Counted from the stretch's first letter, positions 35,930-49,960 are shown. The stretch is DNA of 64,000 bases from Eledone cirrhosa (GCA_964016885.1 OZ024741.1:218984001-219048000), one strand, 5' to 3'. Notes: generated by a model not told the origin, from the sequence alone. Numbers and translations: made by a program.

Positions 35930-38900
35930 CAGCACCACACACATACACCCCCCCCCCACACACACACACATGTACACATAAACACACAATCTCACACAAA
36001 TACACACAGCAACACAAACAAACACACACACAGTCATATATGCATAACCACATACTGCTACCCATCTACACACACAATCATATACACATAACCACACCCT
36101 ATTATGCAGTTAAACACACACACACACTGCCACACACACACACACATAACCACATAGTGCTATACATGCACATCCACACACACACCACAACACAGCCACA
36201 CGCACATATAACCACAGAGTTCTATACACACAGACACAACCACACACACATTACTACTCAGCTACACACATACACACACACACAGTCATACAGCCACACA
36301 CACTACTACCTATCCACAGCCACACACAGCTACACACTACCACACACATCTACACACATCTACACACTACTACCTAGCCCCACAGCCATACACAGCCACA
36401 CACAGCTACACACTACCACACACAACCACACACATCTACACACTACCACACACTACTACCTAGCCCCACAGCCATACACAGCCACACACAGCTACACACT
36501 ACCACACACAACCACACACATCTACACACTACCACACACTACTACCTAGCCCCACAGCCATACACAGCCACACACAGCTACACACTACCACACACAACCA
36601 CACACATCTACACACTACCACACACTACTACCTAGCCCCACAGCCATACACAGCCACACACTACCACACACAACCACACACATCTACACACTACCACACA
36701 CTACTACCTAGCCCCACAGCCATACACAGCCACACACAGCTACACACTACCACACACAACCACACACATCTACACACTACCACACACTACTACCTAGCCC
36801 CACAGCCATACACAGCCACACACTACCACACACAACCACACACATCTACACACTACCACACACTACTACCTAGCCCCACAGCCATACACAGCCACACACA
36901 GCTACACACTACCACACACAACCACACACATCTACACACTACCACACACTACTACCTAGCCCCACAGCCATACACAGCCACACACTACCACACACAACCA
37001 CACACATCTACACACTACCACACACTACTACCTAGCCCCACAGCCATACACAGCCACACACAGCTACACACTACCACACACAACCACACACATCTACACA
37101 CTACCACACACTACTACCTAGCCCCACAGCCATACACAGCCACACACAGCTACACGCTACCACACACTACTACCTAGCCCCACAGCCATACACAGCCACA
37201 CACTACCACACACAACCACACACATCTACACACTACCACACACTACTACCTAGCCCCACAGCCATACACAGCCACACACAGCTACACACTACCACACACA
37301 ACCACACACATCTACACACTACCACACACTACTACCTAGCCCCACAGCCATACACAGCCACACACATCTACACACTACCACACACTACTACCTAGCCCCA
37401 CAGCCATACACAGCCACACACAGCTACACACTACCACAAACACACAGCCACACACTACCAAACACACACATACAGCAACACACAGCTACACACAGCCACA
37501 CACTACCACACACATACAGCCACACACAGCTACATACTACCACACACTGCCACACACTACTACCTAGCCCCACAGCCATACACAGCAACACACAGCTACA
37601 CACAGCTACATACTACCACACACAGCCACACACAGCCACACACTACCACACACATACAGCCACACACAGCTACACACTACCACACACTGCCACACACTAC
37701 TACACAGGGTGTAGACAATCAGATTACCAAACAGGATGTTGAACCAGCTCCCTAACTTCACATCACTTCTGGCATCTCTGGCAACTTGCTACATTTCCTT
37801 TATTAACACTATAACCACTATACCACCACCACCATTACCACCACCAACACAACCATTACCACCAACACCACCACCATTACCACCACCACCACCACTATAC
37901 CAACACCACCACCACTATACCACCATCACCATCACAACTATACCAACACCAACACCACCACCACTATACCACCATCACCACCACCACTATACCTACACCA
38001 ACACCACCACCACCACTATCATCACCACCACCACCACCACCACCACCACCACCACCACCACCACCAACACCACCCCACCACCACCAACACCACCACCATC
38101 ACTGCTACCATTACCCCTACCACAACCACTACTACCATCACTACCATCACTACCATCATTATGAACACAACCCACCACAACTACCACCACCACCAACACA
38201 ACCCCACCACCATCACCACCACCACCACCACCACCACCATCACCACCACCACCACCATCACTGCTACCATTACCCCTACCACAACCACTACTACCATCAC
38301 TACCATCATTATGAACACAACCCACCACAACTACCACCACCACCACCAGCACCACCCCACCACCACCACCAACACCACCACCACCACCACCACCACCACC
38401 ACCACCAACACCACCACCATCACTGCTACCATTACCCCTACCACAACCACTACTACCATCGCTACCATCATTATGAACACAACCCAACACAACCACCACC
38501 ACCACCACCAACACCACCCCACCACCACCACCAACACCACCACCACCACCACCACCACCACCACCACCACCAACACCACCACCACCACCACCACCACCAC
38601 CACCAACACCACCCCACCACCACCAACACCACCCCACCACCACCAACACCACCACCATCACTCCTACCATTACCCCTACCACAACCACAACTACCACCAC
38701 CACCACCAACACCACCCCACCACCACCAACACCACCACCATCACTCCTACCATTACCCCTACCACAACCACAACCACCACCACCACCACCACCAACACCA
38801 CCACCACTATCATCACCACCACCACCACCACCACCACCACCACAACCACCACCACCGCCACCACCACCACCACGACCACCACCACCAACACCACCACCAT

Positions 38901-39220
38901 CACTGCTACCATTACCCCTACCACAACCACTACTACCATCACTACCATCATTATGAACACAACCCACCACAACTACCCCCCACCCCCACCCACCACCACC
39001 ACCACAACCAACACCACCACCACCAACACCACCACCATCACTGCTACCATTACCCCTACCACAACCACTACTACCATCACTACCATCATTATGAACACAA
39101 CCCACCACCACCAGCACAACTAACTGAAACACCACCACCACCAACACCACCACCACCACCACCACCAGCACAACTAACTGAAACACCACCACCAGTAACA
39201 ACAATAACAACAACAACAAC
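35930..39220. repeat. CA-rich minisatellite (36290-37690) and (CAC)n-rich compound repeat (37810-39220)
   Basis: Recurrent ACTACTACCTAGCCCCACAGCCATACACAGCC and ATTATGAACACAACCCACCAC units. Confidence 0.95.
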
Positions 39221-39840
39221 ATAATTTCATAGGAAAGGGCAAAGCCTCTCTTATCAACGCTAGTATTTTACTGGTACTTTATATTATTGACCTTGGATGG
39301 ATAAAAGACAAAGTTGACATCAGCGGGATTTGAACTCACAACATCAAATACCCCAACTATCGTATTTTGTCAAGCAGACAAATAATGGTTTCTACTTTAG
39401 GCACAAGGCCAGCAATTACCCAGTGCATTACTGGTACTTTATTTTATCGACCTTGTAAGGATGAAAGGCAAAGTCAACCTCGGCCGGATTCGAACTCAGA
39501 TCATACAGGGAGGTAACTCTATGCTTCAAAGCATGGCGTCCGACCCGCTACCGATACTGCCAATCCACAAATAATGGTTACCAAGGTAACAATTTTAGGG
39601 GTGAGGGAAAGTTGATTAAATCGACCCTGGTGCGTTACTGGTATTTCATTTTATCGAACCTGTAAGGATGAAAGGCAAAGCTAACCTCACTGGAAATTGA
39701 ACTCAGAATGTAAAGGGCCGTAACTCTATGCTGCAAAGCATGTTGTCCAATGCTCTACCGATCCTGGTAATCCATTGCTCTTAGCAGACCTACAATGAAA
39801 TGTGTCCCAATTATTAACCATCCTGCCTTTAAATGCTGCA

Positions 39841-40485
39841 ATAAAATACACCCAGTACACTCTGTAAAGTGGTAGTGCTGGTACTATGACAAAATACACC
39901 CAGTACACTCTGTAAAGTGGTAGTGCTGATGTAACAATAAAATACACCCAGTACACTCAGCAAAGTAATAGTGCTGATGCGATGAAAAATGCACCCAGTA
40001 CACTCTGTAAAGTGGTAGTGCTGGTGGCACAATAAAATACACCCAGTACACTCTGTAAAGTGGTAGTGCTGATACCACAATAAAATACACCCAGTACACT
40101 CTGTAAAGTGGTAGTGCTGGTACCACAATAAAATACACCCAGTACACTCTATAAAGTGGTAGTGCTGATGCCACAATAACATACACCCAGTACACTCTGT
40201 AAAGTGGTAGTGCTGGTGGCACAATAAAATACACCCAGTACACTCTGTAAAGTGGTAGTGCTGGTGCCACAATAAAATACACCCAGTACACTCTGTAAAG
40301 TGGTAGTGCTGATGTCACAATAAAATTCACCCAGTATACTCTGTAAAGTGGTAGTGCTGGTGCCACAATAAAATACACCCAGTACACTCTGTAAAGTGGT
40401 AGTGCTGATGTCACAATAAAATGCACCCAGTACACTCTGTAAAGTGGTAGTGCTGATGCAATGAAAAATACACCCACTACACTCT
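39841..40485 (+). repeat. 48-bp minisatellite expanded from an RTE-X 3'UTR/SINE motif
   Basis: Unit AATAAAATACACCCAGTACACTCTGTAAAGTGGTAGTGCTG.TG.CAC, followed at 40540-40670 by the TTAGGAAAGGCGTC...(GAT)n tail shared with 49700-49960. Confidence 0.85.
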
Positions 40486-41719
40486 GTATGTGGTACTGCT
40501 AGTACCATGGCAAAAACATACAGTTTGTGCAGTAAGGTGGTTGACATTAGGAAAGGCGTCAATCTGTAGAAACGATCCCAAATACAGAACATTGTTGGTA
40601 TCTGGTCTTGGACCATGACAACCCAGCCAACCCACACCAGTGTAGAAAGCAGACATAAAAGCGATGATAATGACAACGAGGGAGTGATCAATGGTATCTT
40701 TTGTTCAGCTAATATGGGAGACAACTCCAAGTATGTTTTGTTTGTTGTTACCTCATCAGTATAACTGTATTCTTCCTCCTTTAACTTTGAAATTGAATTA
40801 CTAAATAAACAATAAATGTTTATTTACTGACATAAAATTAAGTCAGACTACAATGATCCATGATATCTTGAGGTTGAGTTTAACTAATATGGGAGACAAC
40901 TCCAAGCATGTTTTGTTTTTTATTACCTCATCAGTGTAACTCTATTATTCTTTTTTTAACTTGTTGAATTATTGTAAATTCAATTACTAAATAAACAGTG
41001 GGAAATGTTTATTTACTGACATATGACTCAGTCAGTTTAGAAAATATATTTTTAGACAGTTCTGTTCTAGAATTAAACAGTCTCTCATCTATTTAATTGC
41101 ATTAATTATATCAGGCTTATGGTGTCTGTCTGAGAATAATTTAATTAGTCACTAAATATCAACTATATATTTTTTCCCATTTATTACCTATCTGATGTGA
41201 CTTAGGAGTGTTAACACCTTACACTACTGATGTTTCTAAACTAAAGAAGATACAACCAATTTTATAAGGGACAAAGGAATAAGGACGATATTATTGACAT
41301 TAAAAAAAAAAAAATTTAAAACAACAGAAAAGAAAAATCTGAATCTCAATATATATATTAAAAAAAAGTATTATGGCATGGCTGTGTGGTTAAAAAAATT
41401 GTTTCACAACCTCATGGTTCTGGGTTCTATCTCATTGTGTGTCACCTTTTACTATAATGTTGGGTCTATCAATACCTTGCAAGGGAAATTTGGTAGATGG
41501 AAGCAGTTTAGAAGCTTGGATTGGCAGTATCGGTAGAGGGTCGGACACCATGCTTTGACGCATAGAGTTACGGCCCTTGCCATTCTGAGTTCGAATCCCA
41601 GCGAGGTTAACTTTGCCTTTCATCCTTACGGAGTCGATGAAATAAAGTACCAGTAATGCACTGGGGTAATTGTTGGGCCTTGTGCCAAAAGTAGAAACAA
41701 TTATATATGTATGTATACA

Positions 41720-42052
41720 TGAGGATGAAGATTGCAGCGTCTTCACAGACAGTTGCCGTCCCTTATTGATTCTTTTGTATCATCCCATCTGCGTCCATGA
41801 CTTCGTAGATGACTTTGTAGACCAGTTGTAGATATGCATGGTTTATGGCACAGGTGACAGAAGCGAGCTGCGCTTTCCACGGGACCGGTGGTGTCACTCT
41901 GTGGGACACAATCTGTTTTTAGTCTGGAACTAGTTCTACACCCTTTGTTGCATATCACACACATTGTTTCACCAGGTTGTTGTTGAGTGGTGTTGTGGGT
42001 GGTTATCCTTTCATGTGACTTCAGGTGATTAACATAACCAGCTATTGAATCA
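41720..42052 (-). mobile_element. LINE (RTE-like) 3' end encoding C2H2 zinc fingers
   Basis: CVICNKGC, CHLCHKPCISTTGLQSHLRSH and an upstream GYVNHLKSH remnant. Confidence 0.6.
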
Positions 42053-42290
42053 TGTGAATTTCGTATATCTAAAGAAATATGGTATGTTTATAAATAAACA
42101 TTTTGAAAGCCAAAGTTATGAATAGAAGACCGGTGGTCAGTGCTGCTGAGCTGTATCCATATATTTCTATACAGCTATGTCAAAGTTAAATTCTAATTAA
42201 ATAACTGGGAAAGCATAAGAACTGTGAAACCGGTAAAGAAAATAAATAAATATTCTTAAAAAGACTCCAGTTGCATTTTCGATTTCTTTT

Positions 42291-42332
<42 letters not shown>

Positions 42333-42335
42333 ATA

Positions 42336-42703
42336 TCATCATCATCATCATCGTTTAACGTCCGTGTTCCACGCTTGCATGGGTTTGGACGGGAGTTTTC
42401 CCACTTGAGGCAAGAGTGGTTGTCTTGCTCGCATAGGACTGTCTGGCAGGTTTTCTGCAGCTGGATGCCCTTCCTAACACCAACCACATTTACAGTGTGG
42501 GACTGGGAGGTTTTTACCGTGTTACCTACACGGCCACATTACAGCGTGGACTGTGTGTTTTTTTTGTCGTGACACCTACACGATCTCATTTGTTTCGGCC
42601 TGGATGTTGTGGCACCAACATAACTTTACATTGAAAGGGGCGGTGTGGATGGGGTGGGGGTGGTGAGACGGGGATGTATTTTGTTAGAGATGCCTACTGA
42701 CTG
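42336..42703 (-). mobile_element. RTE-X LINE 3'UTR-only copy
   Basis: Reverse complement of 52826-53200; ends in (GAT)n. Confidence 0.88.
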
Positions 42704-42945
42704 TAACCAAAAGTTAAACAAAGTTGTTGTAATTAATCACTGCCAAGACTGGAATTGAACCATCAGCACAGTTGAGGTATGTCATACATCAATTTATGTA
42801 TTTTATCTGATGAGGACGTACTGAAAAAACGGTACCGTACCTCTGAAATATATATAAAAAAATATATTTTGATTAAGTGAATGTCTACATTTATTAATAT
42901 TTTGAATTATATATATTAATTCAAAATATATATATATATATATAT

Positions 42946-43140
42946 ATAGGAACGAGTAGGACCCCGATGGCTGAGCTCAAGCCGTTTCGACGGCTAATTC
43001 AGGACAGAATTAGCCGTCGAAACGGCTTGAGCTCAGCCGTCGGGCTCCTACTTGTTCCTATTACCCACTCTACTACCCTAAGTATTGAGTACGTTGGTGC
43101 ATTATGGTCCACCTGGTTCCTTACCACATTTCCTTTGTTA
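42946..43140 (+). mobile_element. Hairpin-headed ~200-bp element (copies 45873-46079 minus, 59801-60001 plus)
   Basis: 55-63-bp inverted arms plus ~80-nt unique tail TACCCACTCTACTACCCTAAG...CTTACCACA..TCCTT.GTT; flanked by (TA)n. Confidence 0.8.
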
Positions 43141-43975
43141 TATATATATATATATAGATGTGTGTGTGTGTGTGTATATATATGAGTGTGTGTGTATATA
43201 TGGTCATGTTGGTGACACAACAAAAAGCACCAAGTCCACACAGTAAAGTAGTCGTGTAGGTGTCATGACAAAAAGCACCCAGTCCACACAGTAAAGTGGT
43301 CATGTGGGTCTCACGGCAAAAAAACACCCAGTCCACACTGTCAAGTGGTTGTGTAAAGGTCATGACAAAAAGTCCCCAGTCCTCCACACAGAAAAGTTGC
43401 CATGTAGGTGTCATGATAGAAAGCACTCAATCCATTCTGTAAATGTAGTTAGTATTAGCAAGAGCATCCAGCTATAGAAACGAAGTCAAAATCAGTTCTG
43501 TATGAACAAGATATGGTCATCTGATCTGACAACGGGATAACTCGTCTAACCCATGCTAGTGTGGAAAAATGGACGTTAAATAATGGTGATGATGATATGT
43601 ATGTATAGTTACCTGAATGTGTGGTTGTAATCACTAAAGAAAGAGCCCTCAATTCCTAATATTTATTTCTACTTTTGGCACAAGGCTAGCAATTATCCCA
43701 GTGTATTACTGGTAATTTATTTTATCGACCCCGTAAGGATGAAAGGCAAAGTTAACCTTGGCAGGATTTGAACTCAGACCATAAAGGGCCGTAACTCGAT
43801 GGTTCAAAGCATGGCGCCCAACCCTCTATCGATACTGCCAATCCACCGCCCTCAATACATAATAATAGAGGTAAATATACTATATAACTTTGAGTACCTA
43901 GGAAGGTACATGCCAGTTTGCCATGTATTTTATACAATTTAGTATATATATATATGAACATGACTAACACCTGTA

Positions 43976-43999
<24 letters not shown>

Positions 44000-44031
<32 letters not shown>

Positions 44032-44260
44032 TTTTCTTTGTTAACCACAAGGGTTTACATAAAGTAGACATTAAGGACAGTACAGGACAATACAGGACGG
44101 TACAAATGGGCATTTCTGTGTGTAAAAAAAAACAGAGGATGTAATAAAATAACAAAGAAAAATTCCCCAATAGGGGGGAGACTTCCGAGGGACATTTGTG
44201 GAGAAAGCCCATTAAAAGACCACAGTGACCCTGACCACCAGGGCAAGTGCCCTCTCCCAG
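44000..44260 (-). mobile_element. Tx1-like 3'UTR fragment
   Basis: TTTCTTTGTTAACCACAAGGG...CCCCAATAGGGGGGA resembles 5173-5310. Confidence 0.6.
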
Positions 44261-44869
44261 TTTTCCACCTTTAATTTACAGACACATACTCAGAGACATA
44301 GTCATTCGGGCCATACTTGCTTCTCTCACCCATCTTTCAACAAAATGCTCAGGTGCACTACAACTCATCAAAGGTGCATGTATAGTACATAGAATAATGT
44401 AGAAATGTCAGGAAAATGAACAGTGAACAAGTCATGAAATACATGTGTGTGTGTGTATGGAGGGGGGACATCAGGTGTAGTATATATATATACATCAGGT
44501 GTATATATATATATAGTTGAACAAGGTGTTAATTTCCATACAAATCGAAGACTAAAGGTAAAATGTAAATATAGAAAAGCACAAGACTATATCAAAAGAT
44601 TATTTATTCAATTGATTATCCAGAAAATTCTATTGACTTATATAGATGGCTCCTTTTCTCTTCAGTGTAAAGGTCCAGATGTCATTTTGTTGTACTGCGG
44701 TGTGTATGTATTTAGGTAGGGTTTCATTGTCACGTCTCCCTCACCATTGTCTTGGGAAACACCTTCTCCATTCTGTCCGCCAGGGCCACAAGGTGGCCAG
44801 CATGTGGGCCTCCATTTGCTCACAATAGTGATAGATGGAGAGAGCAGGCGAGATGGAGGCAGTGACACT

Positions 44870-45128
44870 CATCATCATCATCATCATCATCATTTTGCGT
44901 CTGCTTTTCCCTGCTTGCAAGGGTGGGACAGGTCCTATTCAGCACAGCATCTCTCCATTCGTCACAGTCCTTTGTCATCTCCTTTGTGAGCTTCAGCGAT
45001 CTGAGGTCAGCTCTCACCACCTCCGCCCAAGTTTTTTGTGGTCTTCCTCTACTGCATCTTCCTTCCACTGGGATTTCTTGGCACTTCTTTACCCGGCGGT
45101 CATCCTCCATGCACATCACATGTCCATT
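44870..45128 (-). mobile_element. RTE-X-related 3' fragment (a related plus-strand copy lies at 46628-46940)
   Basis: GHVMCMEDDRRVKKCQEIPVEGRCSRGRPQKTW..WRDAV, with a (GAT)n tail. Confidence 0.8.
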
Positions 45129-45782
45129 GTGTATGTATATATATATATTTCATGGTCACACACTCATGTATGTGACCATTCAGGCACAAGTTATATACAG
45201 TGTATATGTTATTTTTAAAGTATTTATCTTTTTAACCTTTTCACTTTCCCCAAACATGCAACACAACTTTCCAGGGTTTGTAGATAAATACAAGAACAAA
45301 AGAAAAATAAATAAAACTGTTAAAACTTCCACCTTCCCCACCCCAACCTTTATAAAAAACATATATATATATAAGAGATTTCGATAGAAATTCCACACAT
45401 ATTCTAACTTGTCACAGAGTATCAGATATATAAGAAATTTCAAGACAAAGTTCACATATATTCTAACTGGCCACAGAGTATCAGAATAAACTTTTTAAAT
45501 ATTTGATAAGATTGACAGACAATTGAAAGCAATAATATTTGACAAACCATAAATTCGTTTAATATAACAATTATAAAAATATTTATTCTGTCTGATTAAA
45601 GAAGAAAATAAACTTTAGATACACGCCTCTGCTTTTCAATGTTTATGCTCTCTCTGTCTCACACACACACACACACACTCTCTCTCTCTCATGCACACAC
45701 ACACACACATATATATATGTGTGTGTGTGCATATATATATATATATGTTGTTCTTCCTGTCCCGTATAACCATGACCAGTCC

Positions 45783-45819
45783 GAGCTGAAGATCCGCATA
45801 AGGTGAAACAATTGTTCTC
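45783..45819 (+). ncRNA. Minimal hammerhead ribozyme motif
   Basis: GAG-CTGAAGA-TCC gcataa GGT-GAAAC aatt GTT-CTC; palindromic AATT loop on stem III; stem II is weak. Confidence 0.55.
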
Positions 45820-47431
45820 AGTATGGTGAACTAACTGTTGTGTTACCACTTCTATATATATATATATATATATAACGAAGGAAATGTGGTAAGGAACCAG
45901 GTGGACCATAATGCACCAAAGTACTCAATACTTAGGGTAGTAGAGTGGGTAATAGGAACCAGTAAGACCCCGACGGCTGAGCTCAAGCCATTTCGACGGC
46001 TAATTCTGGACTAAGAAGTCCAGAATTAGCCGTCGAAACGGCTTGAGCTCAGCCGTCGGGGTCTTACTGGTTCCTATTATATATATATATATATATATAG
46101 GGAGTGTAACGTGTAATGCTGACATAACAAATCGTCCTTTTATTATTATCATTATTATTTATATATATACAATATATATATATATATATGTATGAAATAT
46201 TTTATTACATCGACAATACAATACAGTATCCCAATATACTAAATAGACCCTCTTGGTTCATCAGTATGGCCACACTGTAAAGTGGTTGTGTAGGTTTCAT
46301 GACAAAAATACCCAGTCCACACTGCAAAGTGGTCGTGTTGGATTCACGACAAAAAAAGAACCCAGCCCATTTTGTAAATGTAGTTGGCATTAGGAAGGGC
46401 ATCCAGCCATAGAAACCAAGATAGAAACAGTTCTGTATGAGCAAGACACAGTCACCTGACCTGACTTGATTTAAATGGGAAAAATCGTCTAACCCATGCT
46501 AACGTGAAAAAAAAATATTAAACGATAATGTTGATGAAATGAGAATGATAATGATGATGATGGTGATAGTGATGATAACAATGATGATAACAACAGGCAT
46601 ATATATATATATTTGTATATATATATATGAGAAGCTGGGTTTAAGGGAAATCCGAGTTGGTGTGCATGAAGGAAGAGTGCATTGGTATGGACATGTGATT
46701 CACATAGACAATGATCTATGGGTGAAGAAATGCCAGGAAATCCCAGTGGAAGGAAGCTGTAGTAGAAGACAACCAAGATAGAGCTGGACAGAGGTGCTGA
46801 GAGGGGACCTCAAATTACTAAGACTAGCAGAGGAGATGATGAAGGAACGTGACAAGTGGAGAGATGCTGTGCTGAGAAAGACCCATCCAAACATGGAAAA
46901 ACGGACATAAAAATGATGATGATGATGATGATGATGATGAGAGGACCTGAACATGTATAATAGAAACATTAAATAGATATTTTTCTCACATACAATCCTC
47001 TAATAAATAGACAATTGATTCAAATTTACTAAATCAGTCGTAACTATTTATTATCAGCTCTATTCAAATATTTAGAGAGAACTTTCTCTCTGTGTCTGCT
47101 TGATTGTGTGTCTACATGTGTATGTACATGACGATGTGTTTGTTAGTGTGTGTGTGTGTACATACATGTATATAATATATACAAATATATATGTGTGTGT
47201 GTGTGCGTGAATATATATACATACATATATATAATATATACAAATATATGTGAGTGTGCGTGTGAATATATATACATAAATATATAAAATATATACATAT
47301 ATATGTGTGTGTGAATATATATATATATACATACATGTATATAATATATACATATATATGTGTGTTTGTCTGTGTGTATATACATATACAATACAATATA
47401 TATATATAATACATATATTATATATATGTAT

Positions 47432-49960
47432 GTTGGAGGAGTCAATTAAGGCCAAAAAGCAGGCTTGGAAAGTATGGCAGGATGGGGGAAGTAGAGAAGA
47501 CTATCAAGTGGCCAGGAGGGAAGCTAGGAGGTAAGTGTACTTCGCAAGAAGGGAAGCAGAGGAAAGAAAGTTCAAGCATGTTCTACAACGTGAGGACCAA
47601 AAACGTGAGGTGTTCAGGATTGCTAGGCAATGTGTCAAGGAAAACCGTGATATTGTCAGGGAGAAGTGTGTACTTAATGATGATGGCGTACTTGCCATCA
47701 CTGACGCTGATAAGAAGGTAGCTTGGAAGTGTCACTATGAAATGCTACTAAATGAGGAGAATATATGGGAGAAAGACAGTCTCCCCCACATCGACCCAAT
47801 AGAGGGACCAGCAGTGTTAGTCGAAGGTAGTATAATAAGTAAGGCAATCAAAGATATGAAGACGGGTAAGGCGGCTGGGCCTTCGGAAATAGTTGCTGAA
47901 ATGCTGAAAGCCTCCGGTACGGTGGGACACACCATGGTCACCCGGATAGTAAACCAAGTCATACAGAATGGGGTTGTTCCGAAGGACTGGCGTAGCAGCA
48001 TCATCGTTAACTGTTACAAGGGTAAAGGAGACGCCCTAGATAGGAGTAACTATAGAGGCATTAAATTAATTGACCAGGTCATGAAGGTCACGGAAAAAGT
48101 AATAGCGCAACTAATCAGAGAGAGAATTGATCTAGATGAAATGCAGTTCGGGTTTGTGTCAGGCAAAAGTACCACAGATGCTCTTTTCATTGTACGACAA
48201 CTACAGGAGAAGTACCTAGCTAAAAGTAAACCCCTATACTTAGCTTTTGTTGACTTGGAGAAAGCCTTCGACAGAGTCCCCCATTCCATTATCTGGTGGG
48301 CTCTTAGAAAACTAGGTGTTGACGAATGGCTTGTGAGAGCTATACAAGCCATGTATAAAGAAACAGTCAGCAAGGTTAGAATTAACAACGAATATAGTGA
48401 AGAGTTTAGCGTAAAAGTTGGTGTCCATCAGGGCTCTGTTCTTAGCCCCCTACTATTTATTATTGCCCTTCAGGCTATAACAGAGGAGTTCAAGACCGGC
48501 TGCCCATAGGAACTCCTATATGCAGATGATCTAACGCTCATAGCTGAATCAATGACCGAGCTAGAGAAGAAATTCCAAACATGGAAGCACGGCCTAGAAT
48601 CAAAAGGCCTTAAAATTAACCTGGCTAAGACTAAAGTTCTAGTTTGTAGGAAAGAAAATAAGGCGGCGGTCCCTTCCAGGAAATGGCCATGCTCAGTGTG
48701 TAGGAAAGGCGTAGGTAGAAACTCCATTTTATGTCCCAAATGCAAAGTATGGGTGCATGAAAGATGTAGTGGGATCACAGGTAAGCTAACTAAGAACATA
48801 GATTTTACATGTGGCCGGTGCTCTGGTGCAATAAGTAGCAGCAAGTGCCCACAAAATACTAGCTCTTTCAATTGCGCAGAGGGTTCTATAGAAATAGTGG
48901 ACAGCTTCCGTTACCTGGGTGACAAAATCAGCAGTGGGGGAGGGTGCTCTGAAAGTACAGTAGCTAGAGTCAGAACTGGATGGAAAAAGTTCAGAGAGCT
49001 TATACCACTATTAGCCGCTAAAGGGTTCTCCCTAAAAATGAAAGGTAGGTTGTATGATGCCTGCATACGAACAGCAATGTTGCATGGCAGTGAGACATGG
49101 GCATTGTGTGCAGAGGATATACGCAGACTGGAGAGAAACGAAGCTTGCATGCTCCGCTGGATGTGTAATAGTAATATACGTGAACGGCAAAGCATAAACG
49201 AACTAAGGAAAAAATTAGAAATAAGAGGGATCAGATGTTGTTTACTCGAGAGAAGGCTACGTTGGTATGGTCACGTGATGCGCATGAAAGACGACAGCTG
49301 GGCAATAAAGATAGATGGTAGCCACGGAGTAGGCAGACCCAGAAAAACCTGGGACGAGCTGATAAATTCCGACCTCACACACTTACACCTCTCCAAGACA
49401 ATGTCACTGGACCGAGACCTTTGGCGGTACTCAGTAATAGAGAAGACCCGCCTTACCTAAATACAAAGTAAAACCTACTACAGTCAGTAGGCATCTCTAA
49501 CAAAATACACCCCCGTCCCACCACCCCCACCCCATCCACACCGCCCCTTTCAATGTAAAGTTATGTTGGTGCCACAACATCCAGGCCGAAACAAATGAGA
49601 TCGTGTAGGTGTCACGACAAAAAACACACAGTCCATGCTGTAATGTGGCCGTGTAGGCAACACGGTAAAAACCTCCCAGTCCCACACTGTAAATGTGGTT
49701 GGTGTTAGGAAAGGCATCCAGCTGTAGAAAACCCGCCAGACAGTCCACGCTGTAATGTGGCCATGTAGGCAACAGGTAAAAACCTCCCAGCCCCACACTG
49801 TAAATGTGGTTGGTGTTAGGAAGGGCATCCAGCTGTAGAAACCCGCCAGACAGTCCTATGCGAGCAAGACAACCACTCTTGCCTCAAGTGGGAAAACTCC
49901 CGTCCAAACCCATGCAAGCGTGGAACATGGACGTTAAACGATGATGATGATGATGATGAT
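47432..49960 (+). mobile_element. RTE-X-type LINE, 5'-truncated; RT with inserted PHD finger; one internal stop
   Basis: ORFs 47535-48509 and 48552-49460: NYRGIKL, QFGF, FVDLEKAFDRV, GVHQGSVLSPLLF, (W>*)ELLYADD, CSVC..CPKC..HERC..CGRC, GRPRKTW; ~500-nt 3'UTR ending in (GAT)n. Confidence 0.93.

Noticed and set aside
37993-39222. Long Gly/Val- and Thr-rich ORFs (409 and 320 aa), mucin-like
   Set aside because: They are translations of (CAC)n compound repeats, open in several frames, with no splice or domain evidence.
39841-40485. CRISPR-like regular array (also 20725-21295 and 26660-27410)
   Set aside because: Head-to-tail tandem units without unique spacers, no cas genes, eukaryotic context.
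41743-41964. Host C2H2 zinc-finger gene
   Set aside because: Short and degenerate, no TGEKP linkers or splice sites, and it ends like a LINE 3' terminus.
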